A DNA stretch of 64,000 nt from Trypethelium eluteriae (lineage: Eukaryota), in assembly GCA_051942245.1 (NCBI GenBank), contig JAVECL010000019.1:1-64000 (forward strand), given 5' to 3'. Below are positions 38,101-48,865 of the stretch, one piece after another. The notes beneath the pieces are model-generated. The model made no database searches. It saw only the letters and a list, made by a program, of their open reading frames with translations, and had not been told where the DNA came from. Made by a program: the position numbers and the translations under genes. Each line of letters begins with the position of its first letter. Position 1 is the stretch's first letter.

Positions 38101-41100
38101 AGGGGCCAGAAAGTTGTGATCTTTCGGATCAACGAGCCAACTCGAGCCGTATATGCTGCGACCAATCATCCCTGGCTTCCAAGTCTCGTCTTCGACTGTG
38201 CACACGGTCGCACAAGATGCTTCTGCTGGTCCGTACCAATTGTACAAATGGTGGAGAGTGCTTGTCCATCTGGTTGCAGGATCTTGTAGTAGCTTTTCGC
38301 CTGTGAATACCAGAGTTTTCAATGAGGGGACATCTTTGGGAAGGATCGTGTTGGCAACTGACGGTGTAAGACAAATCCAATTGGCCTGCATCTCATGAAT
38401 GGCTTCAGCTAGGTGGTCAGACCTGTGATCCTCTGATGGAACGCACAAGCAGCCACCAGCGACTAGCGTCGCAAGGGCCTCCAAGCTGCTCACATCAAAA
38501 TCATATGCTGAGAACTGGAACACTCTACTACCAGTAGTGATCTTGAAAGCCGATACAGCTGCATGGACATTGCTTGATAAACTTGCGTGACTCCAGGAAA
38601 TGCTTTTCGGAGTACCTGTCGACCCAGAAGTGAAAATAATTATAGCAGGGTCGGCCGAAACTGGCTGGGCTAACCGGGTCTTCTCGGTGCCATCTACTCT
38701 ATCTGGTTCGACAAGTTCAGAGATGTGGAAGACTGGTACGAACCCATAAAATGCGGACGACTCGGGTATGCTTGATGTTATGACTAGCTTAGGTCCTAGG
38801 GCATGGAGAACCTTATGAGCACGATGAATAGAAGCGGATACAGACATCGGCAGTGCTGTGGCCCCGGCTTTGAGGATCGCTAGTATTGAGACTGTCATCC
38901 AGGCTGACTTTTCAAAGACCAATGGAATGATGCTCCCAGTGCCAACACCTTTGTCTCGCATCTTAGCCGCGAGAGATGTTGATAAGCGTCCCAATTGGTA
39001 ATAGGTAATTTTCATATCCCAAGCCGAGACGGCAAGAACGTCTGGTTGAGCGAGCGATTTGGTGTCGATCCAGTCGATGACAGGATTCAAGGTCGGTCGA
39101 GGAATATGTCTATTCCACTCCGAAATCTCTACAAGGTCTTGCTCACTGAGAGCTGAAACATGACACAATTTCATATTTCTGCCTTCTTCAGTACAAAACT
39201 GCCTCAGTAAAAGCTCCAGCTGGTGAGCAATACGTCGAACCTGTATGTCTTGAATTGCTCCGGAATCGAAATTTATTCTAAGCTTGAGACCTGATTCTTC
39301 CAATTCGCAGATAATCATCATTGCATAGGAATTGAACATGCCCAAACTTTTTGTCTGCTCGAGTATAAGGTCATCTCCCGAATCTGTACAACGCCGAGAG
39401 AAAAGGCCTCCTTGCTGTTGGCTGGATCCCTGTACAGCAGGCTGAACAACGAGTAAGAGCTGAAACTGACTGGCTTCCTGGGTATCTTGAGTGATGTGCT
39501 GGATTCTTTGTAGGCCAAATTGCTCGAAGTCTGTCATTTCTAATGCTTGGCTTTGTATTTGTTCGTGTAAATCTTCTACGGTCTGGTCCCATCCGAATTT
39601 AATTCGTACTGGTACTGTCGCGATGGTGGGCCCCGCCATTCGCTCTATACCAGTGACAGACGCTTGTCTACCGCTTATAGTTGTCCCAAATTTGACATCG
39701 TCCGAATTGGTGTACAATGCTAATAGCATTGCAGTTGCTGATCTTATAATTGATGAGGCAGTAATGTTCGTGGATGGCCATTGTAGTCCGGAAATTGGGT
39801 GATAGAAATCCATGTTAATTCCACCATTGGAACTTGGAGATGGGAAGACTGTTGCCCGTGACCCTGACAATTGCCTTTCCCAGAATTCTGTAGCTTTGGG
39901 CACATCTATGGCCATTGAATATCTAATGAACGATTGTAAGGATACAAGAGGCCAAAACGTTGTCTGTTCAGCACGATAAGCTTGCGCAATAGTATCCAGG
40001 ATGAGCATCGTACACCAGCCGTCATGGATAGCATGATGCATTTCCAAATAGAATAGACGTCGATCACCATTGAGAAGACCTGCTCGACATAGCGGTGTTC
40101 CGAGGCCCATTCCTCCTCTTTGACTCAGTGAAGCGCCATCAGGAAAGTGTGCATGTAATGTTACTGGAGAGCTCAGAACCACGTTCACAAGACCATTTCG
40201 CGAGAGTTCAATGATGCGAGTACGAAGGATGGATATCTGCTTGACCGTGGCTTCCCAAGCCTTTTGGAACTTTCCAACATCAAGTTCATGAGGCAACCGG
40301 AAGACTACCTTTGATATGTAGTCTCCTGCCCTTCTGGAAGTCATTGCAAGCATTCCTTGCTGAAGCGGAGTGCAGGGATATACGTCCTCGATCTCAGTGA
40401 TTTCAACGCCGCAAAGCCTTGCAGCTTCTTGGCATACTGCGAGCTTCTCTTTCTTTCCATTCAACAGGGAAAATGGCGCAGGAGCTTCGTCATGCTGTGA
40501 TTTAGCCTGAGCTCTAGTGATATTGGCCAGGTCGCTCAGCTGTGGTGTTCTGAAGATATCTGCCGCCGTAAGCATTAGGCTCTTCTCGCGCGCTGCTGCA
40601 ACCAAACATACAGCAGCTACTGAGTCGCCTCCTAACCGGAAGAAACTATCTGTTGTGCTGATACGAGCGGGACTCAAATCCAATACTCGTGCCCAGAGCT
40701 GCCGAAGATGATGTTCGATCTCGTTGGAGGGTTTGCGATACTCGGCACTGGTCATGATCGACGACTGTAAGCTGTTCAGATCTTCCCGAGAAAGACCATT
40801 CCCAATCTCTCGAAGTCGCCGTCGATCTACCTTACCAGTGGCAGCAAGCGGGATCTCTTCGACAGGAAGGTAAAAACTAGGGACCATGAAGCTCGGTAAC
40901 ACTTTAGAAAGCTTCTGCGAAAGACCGTCTATTAGCGGCTTGGCTCGTTCCCTCTCGTGTTCTTTTACGTTTACGAACAGCACGAGCGAGGGGCTTCCAT
41001 TGCCGGCAGGATGGACGACATCTGCGATAATCGGGAGCTCATCATCCAAGCAGGCGCGCGCATGATATTCGACATCACCGATCTCGACTCGTTGACCCCT

Positions 41101-42444
41101 GATCTTGAGTTGCGACGCATCTTTCCGGCCAATGAAAAGGAGCTTCCCATCTGTTTTATACTTTACAAGGTCCCCAGTCTTGTAAAGTCTGCCTCGCCTA
41201 CCAGCGAACTTACTGCTGCCGGTCAATAGCCAAGGAGGATCGTGGATAAATGCTGTGGATGTCTGTTCTGGATTGGATAAGTAACCTTGGCCAACAAGTG
41301 GCCCTTCTAGATACAGCTCCCCTACAGCTCCCCTCGAAACGAGTTTGTCGGTATCGTGTGGATGAACGATCCAGGTACCAAAGCCAACTCCTACACCGAT
41401 ATCCGGGCGCTCGTCTTTTGTAGAAGGAAGTAGTGAGAAAGCACATTTAAAAGTGCATTCAGTCGGTCCATAAGTATTCAGAAGCCTCACATGCCTAGCC
41501 CAGATCAAGTTTTCGCGGTAAGGCATTTCACCGCTCAGAAGCACTGTGCGAAGAGTGGACGGGATCGGACTGATAGTCCGTAGAACTGTTGGGGTGACGT
41601 TGATCAAGGACGCGTTGAATACCTGTATTGTTGAAGAAAGATCGTTCATCATGTCTTGTTCTGATGCGATACAGATACAGCCACCGGCGCATATGGTGTG
41701 CAAGAAGTTACTCCACGCTACGTCAAAGGAGTATGGTGCAAAGTCCAAGACGCGCGACTCGCAGCAAAAGCCGAGCTTCTTACCTTGGTATTCAACAGCG
41801 CTCCTTACATTGGCATGGCTGATGCAGGCTCCTTTGGGCAGGCCCGTGGTGCCAGATGTGAAGGAAATATAAGCCGTGTCTAAAGGCGAGACCACAGGGA
41901 GTCGGGATGAGTGCTCTGGGAGATGAAGCAATGTTTCGTCAAGTTTGAATACTGGCACGTCCGCCAGAAGCGAAGCCCTCTCGTAATTAGCGGTGGATGA
42001 GATGATTACTCCCGGCTGCGCCTGCTGAACAACGGATCGTAGCCTAGCATCTGGTTGAGCAGGATCGAGGGCAATGGCAGCACATCCTGACTTTATGACG
42101 CCTAGCATTGCAACAGGAGTCCATCTCGTCTTCTCAAAACAGATGGGGACGTTCGACTTCGGAGTAATGCCCAGATCAATAAGTTGCTGAGCGACCCGAT
42201 TCGCTAGAGCATCTAGCTCAAGATAGGTCAATTGGCCATCCCAGGCATCTACTGCCAGCGCTGAAGGCTGACTTCCAGCTATCTCTGCGATCAAGCTGTG
42301 GACACAACCATGGACTGGGTCCGGTACAGAAGAATTCCAGTTCCATATTAGGTCGAGATCCTCCTGACTAGCACTGACAGAGACCGTGGGCTCCTCTGAA
42401 GAGAATTCGGCTGTATTAGCTAGGAGGTCATTGAGTACGTGCAT
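26182..42444 (-). CDS. Five-module non-ribosomal peptide synthetase (A-T-C-A-T-C-A-T-C-A-T-C-A-T-CT), interrupted by one in-frame TAA at 34807-34809
   Basis: ORFs 34807-42444 and 26182-34755 are in the same frame (..GPACAEKY*GNPELSNRSFCKDPDFL..). Five A domains (TSG/SSGxTGxPK, YGPxE, YK/RTGD), five carrier motifs (GGDS, GGDS, LGDS, GGDS, GGES), four HHxxxDG C domains and a terminal SHAQFDG CT-type domain. No E or MT domain seen. 5421 codons including both stops. Confidence 0.95.
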
Positions 42445-42698
42445 CTTACTCTGAGAGGCGGGGCGTTACTCACGGCGAACGTCTGGCTAGAAATGGACTG
42501 CGAAACATGCGGAAGATTTTTCAAGGCGGACAGGGGTATTGCAGCTGCACCCGTATTTCTTCGCTTACACCGGAGGGTGGGAGAGCGTTCCTGACATGAA
42601 CCAGCGGATCCATCGCGTGTTCATAGAGACCGCTAGGATGTAGGGCGGCGTGGGCGGCTTGGCGGTGGCTGGTGCTGGAGAACGAAGCAGACGGAGAC

Positions 42699-42720
42699 AC
42701 GGTGAGACGGTGAGACGGTG
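42699..42720. repeat. Short tandem repeat (ACGGTGAG, about 2.75 copies) upstream of the NRPS
   Basis: ACGGTGAG ACGGTGAG ACGGTG, about 255-275 bp upstream of the NRPS ATG. Confidence 0.6.
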
Positions 42721-43226
42721 CTGGTGCTCATCTCCTGCTTAGTCATTGAAGTCGGAAGATTGGGCGCGGGATCGTTGCGTCAGCGCCCCGATACTCTACT
42801 GTACTGTCTCACCAGCCAATTGCTGCGTCCTCTGCATCAACCTTAGCAAAACGAACATATTTCTCTTACATCCATACACCATGCAACTCAGGTAGCATTC
42901 ATCTCGCCCGCGTTATCCGCACTATCCAAGGTTTCACTATCTATGGCTTTACCTGCGGTATCAGTGGTTTATTGATCATCGAAAGGCAATTCTCTGAATG
43001 GATGAAGGAACTCAAGGTTGGGTGAATTACCTTGAGCACTGACCTGCAAGTTATCCTGGTCTAGGTCTGTGTCAATGATCCATCTCCGTCGCAAGTCTTG
43101 CAAACCACATCGTTCTTTAGTCGTCGAACTCTATCTAGCTCATGTGAAGGATTGATAGAACCTCATTTTCTGATCAGACCTTGTCGACTGCAAAGATATA
43201 GTTCGAACACATTGGTCCGATATCCC

Positions 43227-45758
43227 ATGGATCCGGTGACTGCGATCGGCTTGGCAACCAACGTTGCTCAACTAGTGGAAATCTCGTGGAAAATCGTGTC
43301 AAAGAGCCATGAAATCTATAGACACGGCGCTCTGCCAGAGCATCGGGAAACTAAAGCGGTGACCACAGACCTGCAAAATGTGAATAATAAGCTACTCGAA
43401 TTTTGGTACAGAGCTGAAAAGGATAAAACCACGACTGACGACGATGAGTCTCTCCGTCGGCTATGCGAGTCTTCAAATCAGATCGCGAACGTGCTGATCA
43501 AACGACTCAGAACTCTTGAGCCTGGTGATGAGTACCGTAGCTGGAAGAGCCTACGGCAGGCACTCAAGTCAGTGTGGCTTAAAAGCGAGATTGACGAAAC
43601 CGCCGCCCGATTGCAGGCTTATCGTACACAGTTGAACACGCGCATCTTAATGTCATTGAATGACAAGATCGACCGCCTTGATGGAAATTCCAAGGGCATC
43701 ATGACCAACCTCGCCGAGAATCGAGCTCTTCTAAACGTCAATCAAGAGATTCACACCCAATACCTCACAAAGTTAATCACCGCTCAACGTGATAAGACAC
43801 GGGGCATACTTGCTGATCTGGCCAAGGTCAACCGAGCTCCCAGGTCTTTAGTACCTCACCCAATGGAGGCGATTTCGCAGCCTAAGGACTATGACCCGCG
43901 CCTTGTAGTACTTGAGGCGGCGAGTGAGCGGAATATTGCGACGCTACGGCGCGCTTTGCGGGAAGATCCCTCAGCTATCTTTGCTTCCACTGATTCTGGT
44001 CAGACCGCACTTCACTTTGCAGCCAGTGTCGGCGATGCGGACTTGGTAGCGTATCTGATCCGCAACGGTGCAAGAATCAATCCTGATGATGACGAGGGCA
44101 GGATCCCTCTCCATTGCGATGTGGAATCCGGATCAGATACCGTTGTACGGGCGTTAATTGCAAAAGGGGCCGACGTGTCGGCCAAAGACGCTCAAGGGCA
44201 CACTCCTCGGGATCTATGCAGTCCTTCGACTCTTCTGGAGTGGACCGTCACTCATGGTGCTCATATCGAAACAAAGGATAATGAAGGATGCTCGGCGCTC
44301 TTTCACTTCACCGAGCAAGGCGATGTCGAAGCTGTCTGCACGCTGCTAGACCAGGATGCTGATAAGGAAACCATTGGCAGATTGAATCGAACCCCGCTAT
44401 TAGAAGCAGCCAGACAAGGTCACGTAGAGATCGCCCAGCTCCTCCTCGCACGAGGCGCAGATGTGCATCAAGTTGACCACATCAACGAAACCGCGCTAGT
44501 GATCGCTGGCTGGCAGGGTCACACGCGAGTGGGCGAGCTACTCCTCGACCATGGTGCTGACATCGAGGCAACTACCATACACGGCGATACAGCTCTAGCT
44601 GGATGCTGCAACAATGGCCACGTCGGGATGGGGCTAATGCTCCTACGACGCGGGGCTCAGATAGAGCGACACAACTTGGCCGGTTATGCTCCACTCCATC
44701 AGGCCGCCAAGCATGGTCACCCGTCCCTAGTCGAAGACATTCTTGATCGGGGTGGCAATGTAAACGTCCTCAATAGCCGCATCCATTGGACACCACTGGC
44801 TGAAGCATGCGAGCACGGATATGTCAGCGTTGTTGAGTTGCTGCTTGCCCGTGGCGCTGCGACTGGGACACGAACTGGAGAAGACGGCAAAACCGCTCTC
44901 ATGCGGGCGGCTGAGAGGGGCTATATACGGGTCATACAATGCTTAATGGATCATGACGACGCATTCAACATTGAGGACTCAGACCAGGAAGGGAGAACAG
45001 CTCTTTTCTGGGCAGTTATTGCCAATCGCATCGACACCGTCCAGGAATTACTCCATTTGGGTGCAAATATCGAGGTTCAGGATCTTTGGCGTGCGACATC
45101 GCTCTGTCGGGCCTGCCAATATGCTCATTATGAGATTGCTGAGCTCCTCGTCCATGCAGGTGCTAACGTGAATGCCTTCAATTCGCATGCGTGGCATCCG
45201 CTACATGAAGTCAGCGCGCGTGGCAATGCCACAATGGCTAAGCTCTTATTGGATTGTGGTGCAGATCCCAATTGCCGCAATGATCGACTTTATACACCTC
45301 TGAACCTCGCGGCACAAGGACGCCACCCAGCTGTTGTGCGTGTTCTCCTAGAAAGTGATCGTACTGAAGTCAATGCCGCAAACAAGGATGGTTGGACTGC
45401 ATTAGCAGAGGCTGGCCATCATCGGCAAACTGAAATAACGCGCCATCTGCTTGAACACGGTGCTGACGCTAATTCTCGTGACTCCCACGACTACACGCCC
45501 CTCTTGCGGGCCGCTCAAAGCGGCCACCTCCCAGCTGTCATACTTCTTCTGGATCAAGGGAAGGCCACCGTTGATGTTGTGAATACAGATGGATGGACAG
45601 CGCTCGCAGAAGCCAGCTGGCATGGCCATTCCGATATGGTGAAAGCGTTGCTTGCCAGGGGAGCAAGCCAGGACATACGCAACAACAAGCGCCAGTCACC
45701 TCGAGACCTTGCTCAAATAAAACGCCACTCACAAGTCATTACTCTACTGGATGGTTAG
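43227..45758 (+). CDS. Fungal NLR-type N-terminal helical domain (SesA/HeLo-like) fused to a long ankyrin-repeat array
   Basis: MDPVTAIGLATNVAQLVEISWKIV...WKSLRQALKSVWLKSEIDE...L is the typical start of fungal NACHT proteins. It is followed by roughly 17-18 G.T(A/P)L..A....G repeats. Single exon; no P-loop. Confidence 0.9.
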   Translation: MDPVTAIGLATNVAQLVEISWKIVSKSHEIYRHGALPEHRETKAVTTDLQNVNNKLLEFWYRAEKDKTTTDDDESLRRLCESSNQIANVLIKRLRTLEPGDEYRSWKSLRQALKSVWLKSEIDETAARLQAYRTQLNTRILMSLNDKIDRLDGNSKGIMTNLAENRALLNVNQEIHTQYLTKLITAQRDKTRGILADLAKVNRAPRSLVPHPMEAISQPKDYDPRLVVLEAASERNIATLRRALREDPSAIFASTDSGQTALHFAASVGDADLVAYLIRNGARINPDDDEGRIPLHCDVESGSDTVVRALIAKGADVSAKDAQGHTPRDLCSPSTLLEWTVTHGAHIETKDNEGCSALFHFTEQGDVEAVCTLLDQDADKETIGRLNRTPLLEAARQGHVEIAQLLLARGADVHQVDHINETALVIAGWQGHTRVGELLLDHGADIEATTIHGDTALAGCCNNGHVGMGLMLLRRGAQIERHNLAGYAPLHQAAKHGHPSLVEDILDRGGNVNVLNSRIHWTPLAEACEHGYVSVVELLLARGAATGTRTGEDGKTALMRAAERGYIRVIQCLMDHDDAFNIEDSDQEGRTALFWAVIANRIDTVQELLHLGANIEVQDLWRATSLCRACQYAHYEIAELLVHAGANVNAFNSHAWHPLHEVSARGNATMAKLLLDCGADPNCRNDRLYTPLNLAAQGRHPAVVRVLLESDRTEVNAANKDGWTALAEAGHHRQTEITRHLLEHGADANSRDSHDYTPLLRAAQSGHLPAVILLLDQGKATVDVVNTDGWTALAEASWHGHSDMVKALLARGASQDIRNNKRQSPRDLAQIKRHSQVITLLDG

Positions 45759-46393
45759 AAAGATATTTCTCGTGCGTATAGGAATCAGTCTCCGTTAGTC
45801 TCGCCATGGAAGAAAAGATTTCATGGGTTCTTGAGGTGCATTCGCCTGAGAACTGCAGTCACTCGAGTTACTACTATACCATCATCAGCATAACGCGGGT
45901 TCCCGTACGCAAGGTACAGTACAGCGAGATCTTGTAACTAAGATCTCGATTAGCGGGACGTCTTGTAAGAATTACCTTTGTCCTCATGCCTTGACCCTTC
46001 ATAGATGCAGCCGACCTTTCAGAGAAGCCCCCGCCCCAAGACGAACCGGCTACACTTGCAAATGAAAGACCGCTCCCGAGCCTATTGAACGATCTAGTCT
46101 TTCCTACAAGTCACGGGGTTTTCCTCTGAAGCACTAAATGAAGACTCAAGGACAAAACGTCTTGTCTTTTTCGGGGGGGAAGACGTGCTTTTGCATTTTC
46201 ACAACGAAAATATCGAAGATATATGAATTTGAAGATCAACATATGACGTTGCAGATCAACCACCTCCTCAAGATTGAGACACGCGCTGGATTCTTCAACA
46301 TGATATGCCAAGAATGTCAAATTCAAGAACCAGAAGAATGAGCATTGTGCAGTGGAATCGAGGCAACGGTTGGTTTCAAAAGCAGAGAGTCTT

Positions 46394-48046
46394 CTATTTC
46401 GTGACAGGAATAGGACATCCAAGATTGGTAAAAGCCTCGCCACCGATAGCCGTAAGCGCAGCTTGGAGCGCTTGCACGCTGGGCTCGACAAAGCCGTTCA
46501 GGCTAGACGGGATTGGTCCTGCAACGAACTGGTAGAGCAAACAAGCAAGGTCAGATGGCTTTGCTGCCGTCAGATTACCACCTTGAACGTAAGGCGGGAA
46601 ATCAATACCGACGAAAGTGCCATTGACACTTCCGCCAATTCCGACTGGGTACATGCTATACATCTCGAATATTTGTGTGGCAACATCCAAGAGAGTGTAT
46701 GGTGTGGCGCGCGATGTCCAATTATCAGGAATGCGCTCAGGAACGTGTACCCAAGTTCCATCAGGGCTCTGCTCGGCTCCAAAACTACAAGCCGTGTAAG
46801 AAGCAGAGTGCTTTGCGGGAAACTTCAGGATGCAACAACTTACAAAGTGGCTGTGTTGTTGAGGTTGGGCGCATAACCTTCCGTGCCAGAAGGGAAGAGC
46901 TCGTAGACGAAAGATGCAGCGCCATGCGTGAAGAGTCCAAGGGGACCGAAAAACCTGTTCGCCGGTGAGACCCTCAATTTCTGATGGATACTACTTAATG
47001 ATGCTTACAACTGTGGATTATCACGTCTGCTCTGTTGGTAGCGTTGAAATCGGAACAACGCAAGACCGTCTAGGTCAAAAACACCGTTTGTCGTATTCGC
47101 CATCATACCAAACAATGTACCGTTGAAATCGAAATTATCTCCATCGCCGAGGAAGTAATCGTCTCGCGTTAAGGAGGTATCAGCTTCAAACTTATTATGA
47201 CCATCAAGGCCAGGTTCGCTACCAGTCAAGGTAGGGCTGACTGATGTGCGAGTTGTTGCGTCACATCCGATGGAAAGCTTCGTCGTGGTCCAATCGCCGT
47301 CAGCGATATAAATCGAAAAGACTGCCAAAAAGTTTGCCAGGTCGTATCCCATATTGTAGACATTCTGCACCGCATCAACTACCTCCGTATAGTTGGTGAT
47401 GCCATCGCGAGAAAGAAACCCATCTGTCCATGGCCGTTAGCTTTGACAGTCACTACAGCCCGGCTCAGTGAGTTCTTACGATTAGCGGCAGCATTCAAAC
47501 CTGGACAAGGACCTCTAATATCCTCATCGGTGGGCGCAATGAATTGGTGCGCGTCGTCGCCGGGAGCTGGAACTTGATAGCCTCCGATTCCCTTTCCTGG
47601 GACGCCTCCCTTTGCTCCATTGTAAGGGCTATATTCCCAGAAAGTCAAAAAATAAGTCAAAGCCCGTGAATCCCGGTTCGCTGACAGAAATCGTCTTTTG
47701 AAGGGAAAACATCAAAACTGCGAGGAGATTTCGCAGAAAAATTTTACTACAGTAGCGAAACACAGAAAAGCAAGATTGGAGTACTCACAAGGTGTCAGTT
47801 ATGGGCGCTGCGCCCTCGTGGTTTGTATTGAAGGGGCAAGTTTCGGGTCCTCCAGGCTGGCCACCTCCGCTCTAATAATAAAGTCAGGCAAAAGGATCTT
47901 ATCAGTTTCATTCAATGAAATAAAGAGCTAGAACCAACCTGCTGACGAGCAAGGAGATGATGGTTTTTGAGTCCAGGCTGATTGGCAACCCACGGAAACG
48001 GGGTTACGAGGCTTGCAAAGGAAACAAGAGTCAGAACAACCTTCAT
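46394..48046 (-). CDS. Secreted heme-thiolate peroxidase / unspecific peroxygenase (chloroperoxidase family, long type)
   Basis: Signal peptide MKVVLTLVSFASLVTPFPW, proximal-Cys motif DIRGPCPGLNAAAN(H), HNKFEADTSLTRDD, GHVPERIPDNW. Several introns. Confidence 0.9.
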
Positions 48047-48865
48047 TTTTTTATTCTTTGTAGATTACTTTGACAAGAAGGGTATTGGTTGACAAAAATC
48101 AGAGTGTCAGGCAGTGGAGACTTACCGTATCTTACATCCATGATTTTGCTACTGGATAAGAATAATAACAACAAGCTTCAAGTACCATCTGCCGAACAAG
48201 GAAATTTCTGCTACCGAGGCAAGCCTTCACATGTTAAGTTCTCGGCAGGTGCCGGTGTCAGGGTTAACCGGAAATGTTACCCCAGAACAACTAGGGTTTT
48301 CCCAAAAAGTAAATTCCTTGTCAAACAGGGAGATGATCGTCCGTGCAAGAAACAAGTCACCAAAATTCGATGCGGACGCTTAACTTTCCCATCTGCCCAA
48401 GCCCAACGGCAACGGCATCTCTGCGATGCCCAAGTCCACATGCTTTTTTCCATCCGACCGATATGGGATCTAAAGAACGCCATGTGACTTCTTTCCGATG
48501 TATCCAGTTGGTTGAGTACCTGAAGTACAAGCGCGGCAAAGATCGTTGACTGCCGGTACGTACAGCACTATAGGCTATTATGGAGGTAGATCCCCCTATC
48601 TCACCCTAATCAAACTTTGAACCAACTTATTCCTTCCACATGTGAACCTCTGGCCAAGCGACCAAGCCTGTCAAGGTAAGCACGGCAAACGAGTCTAACG
48701 GTCTCATGCTATTACTTAATGCGGACACAGAACAACCTCTCCCTCGCAAGAGGGCAGCACCGTCTGTTGAATACGACGGTGAGGGGATATTCCGAGCCCC
48801 TGGATAATAATTACAATGAAGTTACCGCAGGTCGGTCGCCTTTCAATTCTTGCTTACGCAAAGTC

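Noticed and set aside
26268..41883. Many 60-170 aa ORFs antisense or out of frame within the NRPS, and similar ones inside the GMC and GH3 genes
   Set aside because: Shadow ORFs of long coding regions; no recognisable motifs.
26182..42444. Two separate NRPS genes, as implied by the ORF track
   Set aside because: Both ORFs share one frame, the break lies in the middle of an A domain, and the second ORF starts at a TTG with no intergenic space.
43900..45720. Ankyrin array as a high-identity tandem DNA repeat or CRISPR-like array
   Set aside because: The repeats are divergent at DNA level and fully explained by protein repeats; no CRISPR, tRNA or rRNA features were seen in the window.
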